From Candidatus Gottesmanbacteria bacterium (GTDB taxonomy: Bacteria; Patescibacteriota; Microgenomatia; UBA10105; UBA927), in assembly GCA_016218215.1 (NCBI GenBank), contig JACREM010000069.1:1-58866 (forward strand): DNA of 58,866 bases. The letters are read 5' to 3'. Numbering within the stretch: the stretch's first letter is position 1; every line of letters begins with the position of its first letter. A model generated the notes under the pieces. That model ran no database searches. It saw only the letters and a program-made list of their open reading frames with translations, and was not told where the DNA came from. Made by a program: the position numbers and the translations under genes. Positions 1 to 8,922 of the stretch are shown one piece after another.

Positions 1-594
1 ATGAAAAAACTTGCCCGTGCACTTTTTGACCGAGACATCGGGAAGACTCTAGCGATTTCACTATTTTATGCTCTTTGTTGGTCTATGTTTATCTATGCAT
101 ATCAGCCGTTTGCGGCAAAAGCTTTACTGCTGACACCTCAAGAAATCGCGATAAATTTTACCGTTTTTGGCATAGCGGGCCTTTTGAGTCAGGCGTTTGC
201 TGTTTCAAGACTGGTAAAAATGTTTGGTGAGAAAAAAGTACTCTTTGGATCGCTTGTATTTATGACTGTTTCATTTATACTTTTTTCGAAAGTCACATCG
301 TTTTCTATGCTCATGGCTGTATCTTTATTTCATGCGTTTGGGAATTCATTGGTGTCTCCGCTTGTCCAGGCGCTTCTTTCTAAAGAAGCGGATGAATCGT
401 CTCAGGGATCAATTTTGGGTATAAATGCGTCATACATGAGTATCGGTATGATTTTCGGACCGATTATAGGGGGCATACTTGCAACAAATCAGATTCAGCT
501 TCCGTTTATCGGAGGCGCGGTGTTAGCATTTGTTTGTGCCGTTTTTGCGTACAAAATATTATCGACTCCACATCTCCATCAGGTAAAGATTTAG
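1..594 (+). CDS. MFS-type transporter, C-terminal half (5-prime partial, continues upstream of window)
   Basis: 197-aa frame of about six hydrophobic helices with MFS-like loops (FGNSLVSPLVQALLSKEADE, SIGMIFGPIIGGIL). Full MFS proteins are about twice this length, so the ATG at nt 1 is probably internal. Confidence 0.6.
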   Translation: MKKLARALFDRDIGKTLAISLFYALCWSMFIYAYQPFAAKALLLTPQEIAINFTVFGIAGLLSQAFAVSRLVKMFGEKKVLFGSLVFMTVSFILFSKVTSFSMLMAVSLFHAFGNSLVSPLVQALLSKEADESSQGSILGINASYMSIGMIFGPIIGGILATNQIQLPFIGGAVLAFVCAVFAYKILSTPHLHQVKI

Positions 595-617
595 AATCAT
601 ATTACTGATGCAATATT

Positions 618-3332
618 TTATCTAGTATCAAGAATTCCACCCCATTCGACTGCAGCAAAACCATGTCTCAGTGGTACTTGTTCGAATATCGGCGGTTCAA
701 TATGTGAATATTGAGCGAGAGGTTTAATATAAATTTCTACTCGAATAAGCGTGTCTGGTTCGGGACTCATAGAAAGCGGATAGAGTGAATTAATTTCTTT
801 TCGGGATAAATGAGAGAGTTGGTAGAAAGGCGCGGATGGAATTTTTGGCTTCCAAAACGCAAGAAATGCTTGATTTTCATTTTGTGAAAGTCCAAGCCTA
901 AGGGAGTAATCAGATAGTGACTTCATGAGATGTGATTGCGAAACGATATATCCACGATCGGGAATTTTTGGTTTTATCATCGCTTCGTAATAGAGTGAGT
1001 CGCGTGTTTCATTTTCCTGCGTGATCGTGCCGTTTGGCTTTGCTATTATTTTCCATCCGAATATGTCCGGATTGTAGAGTTCGTCTGTATTAAATACTAT
1101 TCCTTGCGGGTGTATAGTAACGTTTACTGGCATTGTGTATTTCGGATACAGATATATTGCGGGCTTACCTCCATACATAGCCTGTTCGGTGACAGCGTAT
1201 TCTACAGCTTTGTATTTTTGCCATACTTTAGATCGTCTGACATATACTACATCGCGTGTATTTTTTAATAGATCGACCGTCCATTTTTCTTTGCTCCAGA
1301 GTTTTGTACCATTGTCACCCTTTCCATATAGGTCTACCGCGAATGGATTCGCGTTGTCATGATTTATGACAAAAGCCTGTTCATTGCCAGGACCGTCATC
1401 CTGGGTATCTATACAATTTACGTGCCAGAGTTCTGTGTTTGCTTCATCAGTTGTAGTGATTGGAGAGAGCGTTGAATCAAATTCGTTTGATGACGCGAAA
1501 GAATTTCCGTCACGGATGTACGAAATTATATACTGTCTGTTTGAATTTTGAGGTTGATACGATATTTCTCCAGTATTTTTTTTCGTAAAAGGGTAGTATG
1601 ACACAACAGGCTCGTTTGTTTCAGATTGCCGTAAATTTGCAAGTGAAAATGATTGAGGAAAATCCGCGAGTGGGATAAGAGAGGGATTTTTACACGTTGA
1701 AACAGTATCGACGAGATGAATACTTTCTGCTATGTGCTGTAGTACATCAGTTGCTGATTCTATGTGGACGCCTTGTGATGCCGCATTTTTATTATTGTAC
1801 ATAAGTTCCATCATGACGCTTCGTACCCGAAAAGGAAGCGTCAGAGTTTCTTCTTTTGGATTATCGTTAATAATTCCTATATCGACAGAAGGACGAAGAA
1901 TTCGAAATGATGATGCATCATATGAAACCGGAGACCGGTCGATTGTAATTATTTCATAAGAATTATCCGGAGAAGTTTGTGAACAAAAAGATACCCCCAT
2001 GCCGGGACATTCAGAGAGAGCCCAGGGGGTATCGAGGGTTATGCCGCCTCTCGAATAGAGTGATTGCGTATACGTATCAATGGTGAAATTTTTTATGGGA
2101 ACTGGTGTTTCAGTTGGAGAAATGTTGGGTATTTGCGTTTTTTCCTGATTTTTTTCTGAGAGGAAGTGAAAAGAGAGTGCGATCTGGCGAAGAATGTTTT
2201 CATTGTCATTTTCATCATTTTTAGAATCCGAGAGGATATCGAATGTGTAATTTTGTCCGTTTTTATGAAGGCACACAGAGGAAACATATCTGGTATCAGT
2301 GCCTGTATAGCGCGTGGTAAGAGTGACAGGACTTCCAGCCATAAGTACTTTTGATGTTAGCGGCGATTGGCAGGGATTGTCGGATTTTACTATATCAAAA
2401 CCTATCTCTTTTGTTCCTTTAAATTTGATAGAGAACTCCGTATCTACTCCTTTGCCCTGAAATGAAATTGAGGATTCTTTCGGGTAAGAAAATGCAATAT
2501 TTTGGTCATTATTTGTATACTCAGAAAGTTTTTCCCGTGGCAGAAAACCTTCTCGCCATATGAGGGTATCGTAGGCCATGCATTCATTTGCAATAGATCC
2601 ACTTGCATCAAATGTGAATGGCTCTATATCATGACAATCCGGGTACGCTGTTTTCCAAAGAGCAAGATCAAGTGCACTGTCATTAACTATTCGAGACAAA
2701 AAAGTAAATTGCGTTCCATCGGTTATTGTTCCCTTCCCGCTTAAATATTGATCATTTGCGTTCGTTACTGCTAATGTGTTGATACCTGTGCAGTACCAGG
2801 GTTTAGGTTTTAATGCTTCATTACAATCTGCTTCAAGAGAATTTTTGACAATTTTTGTTGCATTATTGAGTAATACTCCGTCTGGTAATTTTGGTGTAAT
2901 CGCTATGGCAAAAGAGAACATTATTCCTGTTAATACTATTCCAACAAGCGACCAAAGGATAATCATCGGATCAAATTTTTTTGGAATTTCTTTCAATGAT
3001 TTGGAAATTAAGAGAGAACAAAATAAGGTGAAAAGAGCAGAGGCGAAGGATGTAATAAAGTAAAAAGAGAAAGGTTCCTGGGAATGTGAGACTGTCACGA
3101 GAAAGAGAGATCCAATTATGGATTCTGCAAAGAATAAAAATAGACCTACTTTTGTTCGTTTTAGTTTTAAACATGTGATAAACAAAAGTAGTGCTCCAGT
3201 AAGAGGGCCGGTCAGAAATGATGCAATAAGAATATGGGATAGAGGCCAGACAGTAGGGGCATTGTTTACACTTGAAGCAGTATTAAGGGGCGGTGCAGCA
3301 ATAGGTTGTGGATTTAGCGCAGATTCGTTCAT
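618..3332 (-). CDS. Orphan 904-aa envelope protein: N-terminal four-helix membrane anchor plus large extracytoplasmic region, function unknown
   Basis: Long uninterrupted ORF. Residues ~30-150 form four hydrophobic helices and the rest has no motif I recognise. AAGGA Shine-Dalgarno lies about 6 nt upstream of the ATG at 3332. Confidence 0.6.
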   Translation of the reverse strand: MNESALNPQPIAAPPLNTASSVNNAPTVWPLSHILIASFLTGPLTGALLLFITCLKLKRTKVGLFLFFAESIIGSLFLVTVSHSQEPFSFYFITSFASALFTLFCSLLISKSLKEIPKKFDPMIILWSLVGIVLTGIMFSFAIAITPKLPDGVLLNNATKIVKNSLEADCNEALKPKPWYCTGINTLAVTNANDQYLSGKGTITDGTQFTFLSRIVNDSALDLALWKTAYPDCHDIEPFTFDASGSIANECMAYDTLIWREGFLPREKLSEYTNNDQNIAFSYPKESSISFQGKGVDTEFSIKFKGTKEIGFDIVKSDNPCQSPLTSKVLMAGSPVTLTTRYTGTDTRYVSSVCLHKNGQNYTFDILSDSKNDENDNENILRQIALSFHFLSEKNQEKTQIPNISPTETPVPIKNFTIDTYTQSLYSRGGITLDTPWALSECPGMGVSFCSQTSPDNSYEIITIDRSPVSYDASSFRILRPSVDIGIINDNPKEETLTLPFRVRSVMMELMYNNKNAASQGVHIESATDVLQHIAESIHLVDTVSTCKNPSLIPLADFPQSFSLANLRQSETNEPVVSYYPFTKKNTGEISYQPQNSNRQYIISYIRDGNSFASSNEFDSTLSPITTTDEANTELWHVNCIDTQDDGPGNEQAFVINHDNANPFAVDLYGKGDNGTKLWSKEKWTVDLLKNTRDVVYVRRSKVWQKYKAVEYAVTEQAMYGGKPAIYLYPKYTMPVNVTIHPQGIVFNTDELYNPDIFGWKIIAKPNGTITQENETRDSLYYEAMIKPKIPDRGYIVSQSHLMKSLSDYSLRLGLSQNENQAFLAFWKPKIPSAPFYQLSHLSRKEINSLYPLSMSPEPDTLIRVEIYIKPLAQYSHIEPPIFEQVPLRHGFAAVEWGGILDTR

Positions 3333-3440
3333 GAAATTCCTTTGATATACACAGTATAGAGATTATTTGTGACGTGTGACAACAAGCGAATTTTTTAGGC
3401 AACAAGAAAGATTTAATTACGGGCTCAGAACTGAAAATAT

Positions 3441-3462
3441 GAAGTATTTTGTGATATACTTC
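3441..3462. promoter_or_regulatory. Perfect 7-bp inverted repeat (GAAGTAT-N8-ATACTTC) overlapping a -10 box: candidate operator
   Basis: GAAGTAT at 3441-3447 and ATACTTC at 3456-3462. TGaTATACT (3452-3460) lies inside the repeat, upstream of the small His/Gly-rich ORF. Confidence 0.4.
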
Positions 3463-3473
3463 AATTGATTTTT

Positions 3474-3641
3474 ATGAGCGGACACGGCGGGGGAGGACAT
3501 GGAAAAGAGACAGGGATACTCCCTGTCGAAGAGATGATGGAAGCATCCTCCGGGGTGTGGATTTTTTTAGGTTTTTTGTTTGGCGCATGGGTGTATAGCG
3601 TGACAAAAACAGATCAACCGTCGAGTGGTGGTCATCATTAA
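3474..3641 (+). CDS. Candidate 55-aa single-TM protein with His/Gly-rich termini (MSGHGGGGHGKE...SSGGHH)
   Basis: My own translation; below the 60-aa cutoff of the ORF track. ATG at 3474, TAA at 3639-3641, central hydrophobic helix VWIFLGFLFGAWVY. Extended -10 TGaTATACT at 3452-3460. The stop is 8 nt before the next gene. Confidence 0.35.
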   Translation: MSGHGGGGHGKETGILPVEEMMEASSGVWIFLGFLFGAWVYSVTKTDQPSSGGHH

Positions 3642-3649
3642 ATATATTT

Positions 3650-4555
3650 ATGAATAAAGTGCAAACATTTTTTCGGACACTGTATCGTTCATTAATAGAT
3701 CCTATATATTACAAAGATGTTATTTCAGCAAAAATATCGTTTTCCCTAAAATATTTTTTTGTTCTTCATGTCCTCATTGTTTTTATATCTTCATCGGCAT
3801 TTGCGTTTACCCTCGGACGATACGATGTGTCCAAAATCGGGAAATTTTTACAATCAGTCTATCCTCGAAATTTTTCGCTTCATGTGCAAAACGGAGAGAT
3901 AGAGCTGAATCAGAATTTGCCCTTTGTTGTCCCGATTCCCAAAGAGCTTGAAGATGAAAAAGACCAAAAAGTAGCATCGCCTGCAGCGCTTGTCGTTTTT
4001 GACACGAACGACCATATGAGCTCTATTTCAAGCTTCTGGTCGTATAATGCTCTGGCAGTCGTGACAAAAAATGAGGTGTATTACCGAAAAGATGCGGATT
4101 CACGGGAAATTCGTGTGACGGAAATTCCAAAAGATGTTTCGTTTGAATTTTCCAGTACCATGCTTGATGAGAAGATTTCTTCAATCGTTCATCACCCATT
4201 TTTTTCACAGAAGTGGTACGTTCCTATTCTTTCTTTTTTCTATTTTTTGGTTTCATTTCCGTTTGTTTTGGCCTGGTCCTTTGTCGTTTCGTTTTTGTAC
4301 GCACTTTTTTCCTATATTGTTATTCGAGCGATATATAGTTCTCAATTTTCGTATAGTGCCTTGTGGCAGATGACGATTCATGCGCTGACCGGCGGAATAA
4401 TTTTAAGTACTGTAACGGATATATTTGGATTTCATGTTGTACATGGCGTCATCTTTTTCCTTCTGTACGGAGTCTGGATGTACGTCGTTATAAAAAACTT
4501 GCATGGTTTCAAGATGAATTCCCGCACGCCTCCTAGAAAGAAACGCTCAGTCTAG
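3650..4555 (+). CDS. DUF1189-like polytopic membrane protein
   Basis: The N-terminus FFRTLYRSLIDPIYYKDVISAKISFSLKYFFVLHVL resembles the opening of the DUF1189 family. The C-terminal half has several TM helices. Confidence 0.55.
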   Translation: MNKVQTFFRTLYRSLIDPIYYKDVISAKISFSLKYFFVLHVLIVFISSSAFAFTLGRYDVSKIGKFLQSVYPRNFSLHVQNGEIELNQNLPFVVPIPKELEDEKDQKVASPAALVVFDTNDHMSSISSFWSYNALAVVTKNEVYYRKDADSREIRVTEIPKDVSFEFSSTMLDEKISSIVHHPFFSQKWYVPILSFFYFLVSFPFVLAWSFVVSFLYALFSYIVIRAIYSSQFSYSALWQMTIHALTGGIILSTVTDIFGFHVVHGVIFFLLYGVWMYVVIKNLHGFKMNSRTPPRKKRSV

Positions 4556-4558
4556 TCT

Positions 4559-6133
4559 ATGAAACTTCTCTTCGGAAGTCTTTTCACTATTGTTCTGGTG
4601 TTTTTTCTTGTATTTATATTCATGAGGACTATACCGAGGACAAATTCCACTCCGGTCAATAGTTCAATGATAGTAAAAAAAGTTTTGAAACTTGCCGAAG
4701 AGATGCGCGTAGCTCATGGCAATGTGGAAATGGAGAGAGGTAAAGAGAGATCATTAGTATACGCTACTTCTTCTGCTGTTCTTCTTTCTGAAGGAGATGT
4801 CATACATACGGGGGCAGATGCGCTCGCAACACTTTTTTATAGCCGCGATACACGCGTGACCCTCGGACCTGATACGGATGTTATATTTCATCAAGCAAGT
4901 GTTTCTGCTTCACGGTTAGAAGAGATTGTTGGTTCTGTGTATGTGCGGTTTAAAAGAATTTTTGGGGTTTTGGAAGAGTTTTCTGTTGAAACGCCGACGA
5001 CGGTCGCTGTCGTCCGTGGAACGGCGTTTGGCTCGTTTGTGCGAAAAAATAAATCGGTTCGAACCGTAGTCACTCGAAACAACGTCTTCGTAACAAAAAA
5101 AACAGGAAAGAATGAATCTACGGCAAGCGCTGAAGTGTTGCCTGGACAACTTGTTGATGTATCCATTGAAGATAAACAGTTAAAAGTAGCCTCGGGGAGC
5201 GGAGAAGGTGAAGAGGGTGCGTTTGTGAAGATGAATGTTTCTATTGATACGCTTTTTGATACAAGCGATGATTATGATAATCCATTGTGTACGACCTGCA
5301 GTGCAAAAATACTTACGGAAAGTAGTGATTCTGCAAGCGTATCGGGTGAATATTTTCGATTTCGTGATACTCAAAAGAAAATCAGGGAAATCCCTTCGCT
5401 TCCACCGCTACCTATGCTGCAAACACTCTCCAGTGAGGGGCTGAATCGTGGATTGGTAAAGACAGATTCAGGAACATTTCCACTTACGTGCATCGGCGGG
5501 CGGATAGGAAGTTTTCGGGTTGTAACAGATGCGGCAAGTGAGAATGATTGTAAAAATGACTGTCCGGTATTGCCGCTTCATGAGTATGCAAAAAGAAATA
5601 ATGGATTTGCCGCGATGAACGGCATGTATTTTTGTCCGGCTGATTATCCATCATGCAGTGATAAAAAGAATTCTTTTGATACACTCTTTTTTCACTCGCG
5701 GGCAAAACGATATTTAAATTCTAGTAATAACGTGTATAGTGTTCTGCCATTTCTTGCGATAGATAGTTCCGGTCATCCGATCTTCAAGTTAAAGACTCTT
5801 GAATGGGGTCGGGATACGGGGATACAGGCAGGGATAGCGGGAAATCCTCTCCTTATTTCAGGAGGCAATCTCGTGTTTGATGAAAATTCTCTTGATGCAA
5901 AACAGCGGACAGTAAAATCCAATCGCGGTGCGGTGGTATCGGCCAATGGAATACTATCTTTATGTGTTGTGGGTTTAGCGACTGTCGGCGATAGTGCAAA
6001 AGTTTATAAATCGATAATGGTGGAAAATGCCATGAATATCGATGGCGGCGGGTCTACTGCTCTTTGGGTGAACGGGTCGTATATCTTTGGACCAGGACGG
6101 GCGCTTCCGAACGCGATAGTATTTACGCACTAG
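4559..6133 (+). CDS. Secreted FecR-domain / phosphodiester glycosidase (DUF2233, NAGPA-like) protein
   Basis: N-terminal signal anchor. FecR-like segment GDVIHTGADALATLFYSRDTRVTLGPDTDVIF. C-terminal NAMNIDGGGSTALWVNG motif typical of DUF2233. Confidence 0.65.
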   Translation: MKLLFGSLFTIVLVFFLVFIFMRTIPRTNSTPVNSSMIVKKVLKLAEEMRVAHGNVEMERGKERSLVYATSSAVLLSEGDVIHTGADALATLFYSRDTRVTLGPDTDVIFHQASVSASRLEEIVGSVYVRFKRIFGVLEEFSVETPTTVAVVRGTAFGSFVRKNKSVRTVVTRNNVFVTKKTGKNESTASAEVLPGQLVDVSIEDKQLKVASGSGEGEEGAFVKMNVSIDTLFDTSDDYDNPLCTTCSAKILTESSDSASVSGEYFRFRDTQKKIREIPSLPPLPMLQTLSSEGLNRGLVKTDSGTFPLTCIGGRIGSFRVVTDAASENDCKNDCPVLPLHEYAKRNNGFAAMNGMYFCPADYPSCSDKKNSFDTLFFHSRAKRYLNSSNNVYSVLPFLAIDSSGHPIFKLKTLEWGRDTGIQAGIAGNPLLISGGNLVFDENSLDAKQRTVKSNRGAVVSANGILSLCVVGLATVGDSAKVYKSIMVENAMNIDGGGSTALWVNGSYIFGPGRALPNAIVFTH

Positions 6134-6552
6134 AATCTGATCGTGTATCTTTTTGACGTTGATCCGCCGGACTTAAGAGATGTGGTGATGACGAGCGCCG
6201 CCCGGCTTATGTTGGTATGAGGCGTACAGACTCCCTTGCTGCACGTGCCGAAGTAAAGATCGCGGCTCTCAGATGACCCGGAAGGTACGAGAGATCCGAC
6301 AACGCCCTGATCTATGCCGCTTGCGTTGTAGCTAAGCGTATACGACGCTTTTTTCACGTTAGAAAGATTTATAAATGATATGACGATACTGTGAGTCGGT
6401 CTGGATATTTTGACGCTTGAATATCCTACGGATTTTACAGCTGAGGCCGCCTGGCGAATTCGTTTTTTTGCGGCGAACACTCTATTTTTTTCCGAGAATA
6501 ATAGTGTAAAAAAGAATACGAAAAGCGCTGTAATACGAAGTACTTTGTTCAT
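6130..6552 (-). CDS. Small secreted protein, unknown function
   Basis: Signal-anchor N-terminus MNKVLRITALFVFFFTLLF. I prefer the ATG at 6552 over 6561 because TGgTATAAT (6560-6568, minus) lies 7 nt upstream of it. Confidence 0.5.
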   Translation of the reverse strand: MNKVLRITALFVFFFTLLFSEKNRVFAAKKRIRQAASAVKSVGYSSVKISRPTHSIVISFINLSNVKKASYTLSYNASGIDQGVVGSLVPSGSSESRDLYFGTCSKGVCTPHTNISRAALVITTSLKSGGSTSKRYTIRF

Positions 6553-6559
6553 GAGACGC

Positions 6560-6568
6560 ATTATACCA
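6560..6568 (-). promoter_or_regulatory. Extended -10 (TGgTATAAT), 7 nt before the ATG at 6552
   Basis: The reverse complement of 6560-6568 reads TGGTATAAT. Confidence 0.5.
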
Positions 6569-6583
6569 GAGCTTTGAATATTG

Positions 6584-6592
6584 TGGTATACT
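6584..6592 (+). promoter_or_regulatory. Extended -10 (TGgTATACT), 7 nt before the ATG at 6600
   Basis: Read directly. It is divergent to the 6560-6568 box. Confidence 0.5.
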
Positions 6593-6599
6593 GGGCCGT

Positions 6600-7235
6600 A
6601 TGAACAGGAAAAAACTCATCGCAGTTGCCCTATCGGCGTGTGTATTGATTGCGAGTTTGTCGTCTGTTTTTGTTTTTACAAAAAATCGGGAAAATTCAAA
6701 ACGTCTGGCACAGGAAAAAATTGCAATCGTTCCCACACCTGTCGTGGAAAAGTTGGCTGAGTGGAAGGATCCCGCAGGATTTTCATTTTCATATCCCGAG
6801 GGATTAACGGTAGATAAACATGATGAAGATCAGGAGAATTATGCGCATGTTGAGATGACTTTAAAAGATAAACCAGGAAATGTCATTGTATGGGCCAAGG
6901 ATGCTCCGATTTCTGACCTTGCAACGTGGGTAAAAAAAGAAAAACGATTTACAAATGCACCGGTTCTTGATACGACTCTCGGAGGAGAGAACGCGAAGAA
7001 AATATTACTTAATTCCCCAAAGAAAATGGTTATTGTCGGTGCTTTATACGATGGTATGCTCGTGAGCGTAGAGTCGGAACTTGATGAAGCGGGAGAGTGG
7101 CAAAAACGACACGAAAGTGTTGTCTCGAGTTTAGTATTTGGTGAAAAAAAGACTACGGGTTCATCTGTGTCATCCTCAGATTCTTCCGATGAGGGAAGCG
7201 ATGTGTCTATCGATGAAGAAGAGGTTATTGAGTAA
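6600..7235 (+). CDS. Membrane-anchored secreted protein with acidic Ser/Asp/Glu tail, unknown function
   Basis: 211-aa ORF with N-terminal hydrophobic helix. Extended -10 TGgTATACT lies 7 nt upstream of the ATG. Confidence 0.5.
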   Translation: MNRKKLIAVALSACVLIASLSSVFVFTKNRENSKRLAQEKIAIVPTPVVEKLAEWKDPAGFSFSYPEGLTVDKHDEDQENYAHVEMTLKDKPGNVIVWAKDAPISDLATWVKKEKRFTNAPVLDTTLGGENAKKILLNSPKKMVIVGALYDGMLVSVESELDEAGEWQKRHESVVSSLVFGEKKTTGSSVSSSDSSDEGSDVSIDEEEVIE

Positions 7236-7243
7236 ATTTTGGC

Positions 7244-8293
7244 ATGAAAACGTGGGAAAAGATACGTCAAAATCCTTCATTACTTAAAAAATATTTTGTC
7301 CGCGAGACGGTGATAAAAAGTATCCGGTCTTTTTTTGACTCTCGAAAATTTCATGAAGTAGAAACACCACTCCTCGTCGCGCGTCCTCCTGCTGAATCGT
7401 ATGTAGAAGTATTTGAGACGACGCTTCTAGATCGGTATCGAAATAAAACTCGAGCATTTCTTTCTACATCTCCTGAAATTTTCTTAAAAAAATTACTCGT
7501 CGCAGGGATCGGAAATTGCTACAGTATTACAAAAAGTTTTCGAAATACCGAAACGCAAAGCACGCTTCATGTACCGGAATTTACTATCCTTGAGTGGTAT
7601 AGAGTGGGTGATCCGTACGAGAAAATCATGGATGAGTGTGAAAAACTTATTCGATATATCCATCATGATGTATTGGGGGATAGAACATTTATGTATCAAG
7701 GGAAACGAATAGATATACAAAGTTCATGGGAGCGTATGAGCGTAAGAGAAGCGTTTTCACTATTTGCAAAGGTGGACCTTGATGCTTTTTTTGATATGGG
7801 ATATGCCAGACGCATTATGAAAAAGAAAAAATATAAAGAAACAGATGATACGACGTGGGAAGAGATGTTTCATCAAATTTTTCTCAATGAAGTTGAGCCT
7901 CACATCGGTCGGGAAAAGCCCACAATTCTCTATGAATATCCATCTCTCATAGCTGCTCTTTCAAAGAAAAAAGCATCAGATCCGCGGTACGCAGAGCGGT
8001 TTGAGTTTTATATTGCAGGTTTGGAGCTCGGAGATTGCTACTCGGAACTTACTGATCCCGTAGAACAAAAAAAGAGATTTGACAGCGAAATTTTTGAAAT
8101 AAAAAGACTCGGAAAAACTCACTATGAGTATGACAGTGACTTTATCCATGCACTAGAAGTGGGACTTCCCTCGTGCAGCGGAATTGCAGTCGGGGTCGAT
8201 AGACTTGTCATGCTCTTTTCAGACGCAGCGGATATATCCGACACTCTCTTTTTCCCGGCAAAAGAAGAATTTGAACGTTTCCCTCATGATTGA
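7244..8293 (+). CDS. epmA: EF-P lysine ligase (EpmA/PoxA/GenX-type truncated class II LysRS paralog)
   Basis: Class II aaRS catalytic core without an anticodon-binding domain: FHEVETPLLV, SPEIFLKKLLVAGIGNCYSITKSFRNTE, HVPEFTILEWY, FEFYIAGLELGDCYSELTDPVEQKKRF, GIAVGVDRLVML. Lies directly upstream of efp. Confidence 0.8.
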   Translation: MKTWEKIRQNPSLLKKYFVRETVIKSIRSFFDSRKFHEVETPLLVARPPAESYVEVFETTLLDRYRNKTRAFLSTSPEIFLKKLLVAGIGNCYSITKSFRNTETQSTLHVPEFTILEWYRVGDPYEKIMDECEKLIRYIHHDVLGDRTFMYQGKRIDIQSSWERMSVREAFSLFAKVDLDAFFDMGYARRIMKKKKYKETDDTTWEEMFHQIFLNEVEPHIGREKPTILYEYPSLIAALSKKKASDPRYAERFEFYIAGLELGDCYSELTDPVEQKKRFDSEIFEIKRLGKTHYEYDSDFIHALEVGLPSCSGIAVGVDRLVMLFSDAADISDTLFFPAKEEFERFPHD

Positions 8294-8328
8294 ACATAGA
8301 GCTTATTTTTCGTATAATAACCTTCTCT

Positions 8329-8892
8329 ATGAGCGCAATAACTACCGCGGATTTTAAAAAAGGAATGTTCGTTGAATTCAAAAACGAGACGCATCAGATA
8401 GTGGATTTTCAGCACGTAAACCCAGGGAAAGGCTCAGCGTTTGTGAGGACAAAATTAAAGTCTCTTAAGTCAGGGCGGGTACAGGAGTTTACCTATAAAG
8501 CAGGCGACGCGGTGATAGAGATACCGGTCGAAACACACGAGATGCAGTATCTGTATAAAGAAGGCGACGGGTTTGTGTTTATGGATAATCAGTCGTACGA
8601 ACAATATACTCTCGCGGCTGCCATGATTGGTGATTTTGCCTCTTATATGAAGCCAAATGATACCTATCAGGTTCTCGTTCATAACGAAGATGCGGTGGGC
8701 ATACGATTTCCCAAAAAGGTCCGTTTACTCGTGAGTGAAGCTGATGACGGCGCACGTGGAAATACTGCGACTTCTGCCACTAAAACCGTGAAACTTGAGA
8801 CCGGACTTGTCGTTTCTGTTCCTCTTTTTATCCGCCAGGGAGACCTCATTGCGGTAGATCCCCAAACCGGTTCATATCTTGAGAGATCGTAG
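8329..8892 (+). CDS. efp: Translation elongation factor P
   Basis: MSAITTADFKKGMF...HVNPGKGSAFVRTKLKSLKSG with the conserved modified-loop Lys (PGKG). The ATG at 8329 gives the typical length of about 187 aa. TATAAT at 8313-8318. The TTG at 8290 in the ORF track is rejected. Confidence 0.9.
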   Translation: MSAITTADFKKGMFVEFKNETHQIVDFQHVNPGKGSAFVRTKLKSLKSGRVQEFTYKAGDAVIEIPVETHEMQYLYKEGDGFVFMDNQSYEQYTLAAAMIGDFASYMKPNDTYQVLVHNEDAVGIRFPKKVRLLVSEADDGARGNTATSATKTVKLETGLVVSVPLFIRQGDLIAVDPQTGSYLERS

Positions 8893-8907
8893 TTTCGTTT
8901 TTCTTCG

Positions 8908-8916
8908 TGATATGAT
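8908..8916 (+). promoter_or_regulatory. Thermonuclease extended -10 (TGaTATGAT), 6 nt before the ATG
   Basis: Read directly. The ATG is at 8923. Confidence 0.5.
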
Positions 8917-8922
8917 AGTTTC

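Noticed and set aside
5055-5066. tRNA T-arm-like CGGTTCGAACCG
   Set aside because: It is a 12-nt palindrome inside the FecR/DUF2233 coding frame. No acceptor or anticodon stems can be drawn around it. No other tRNA-like sequence was found, and the intergenic regions are too short.
6839-7270. 143-aa minus-strand ORF; also 8679-9089 (136 aa) and 13530-13910 (126 aa)
   Set aside because: Each is antisense to a better-supported gene (the secreted protein/epmA junction, efp/nuclease and tsaD) and has low-complexity composition.
8290-8328. TTG start extending EF-P by 13 residues (MNIELIFRIITFS)
   Set aside because: The ATG at 8329 gives the canonical EF-P N-terminus and length and has a TATAAT box 10 nt upstream. 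The extension would overlap the epmA stop codon.
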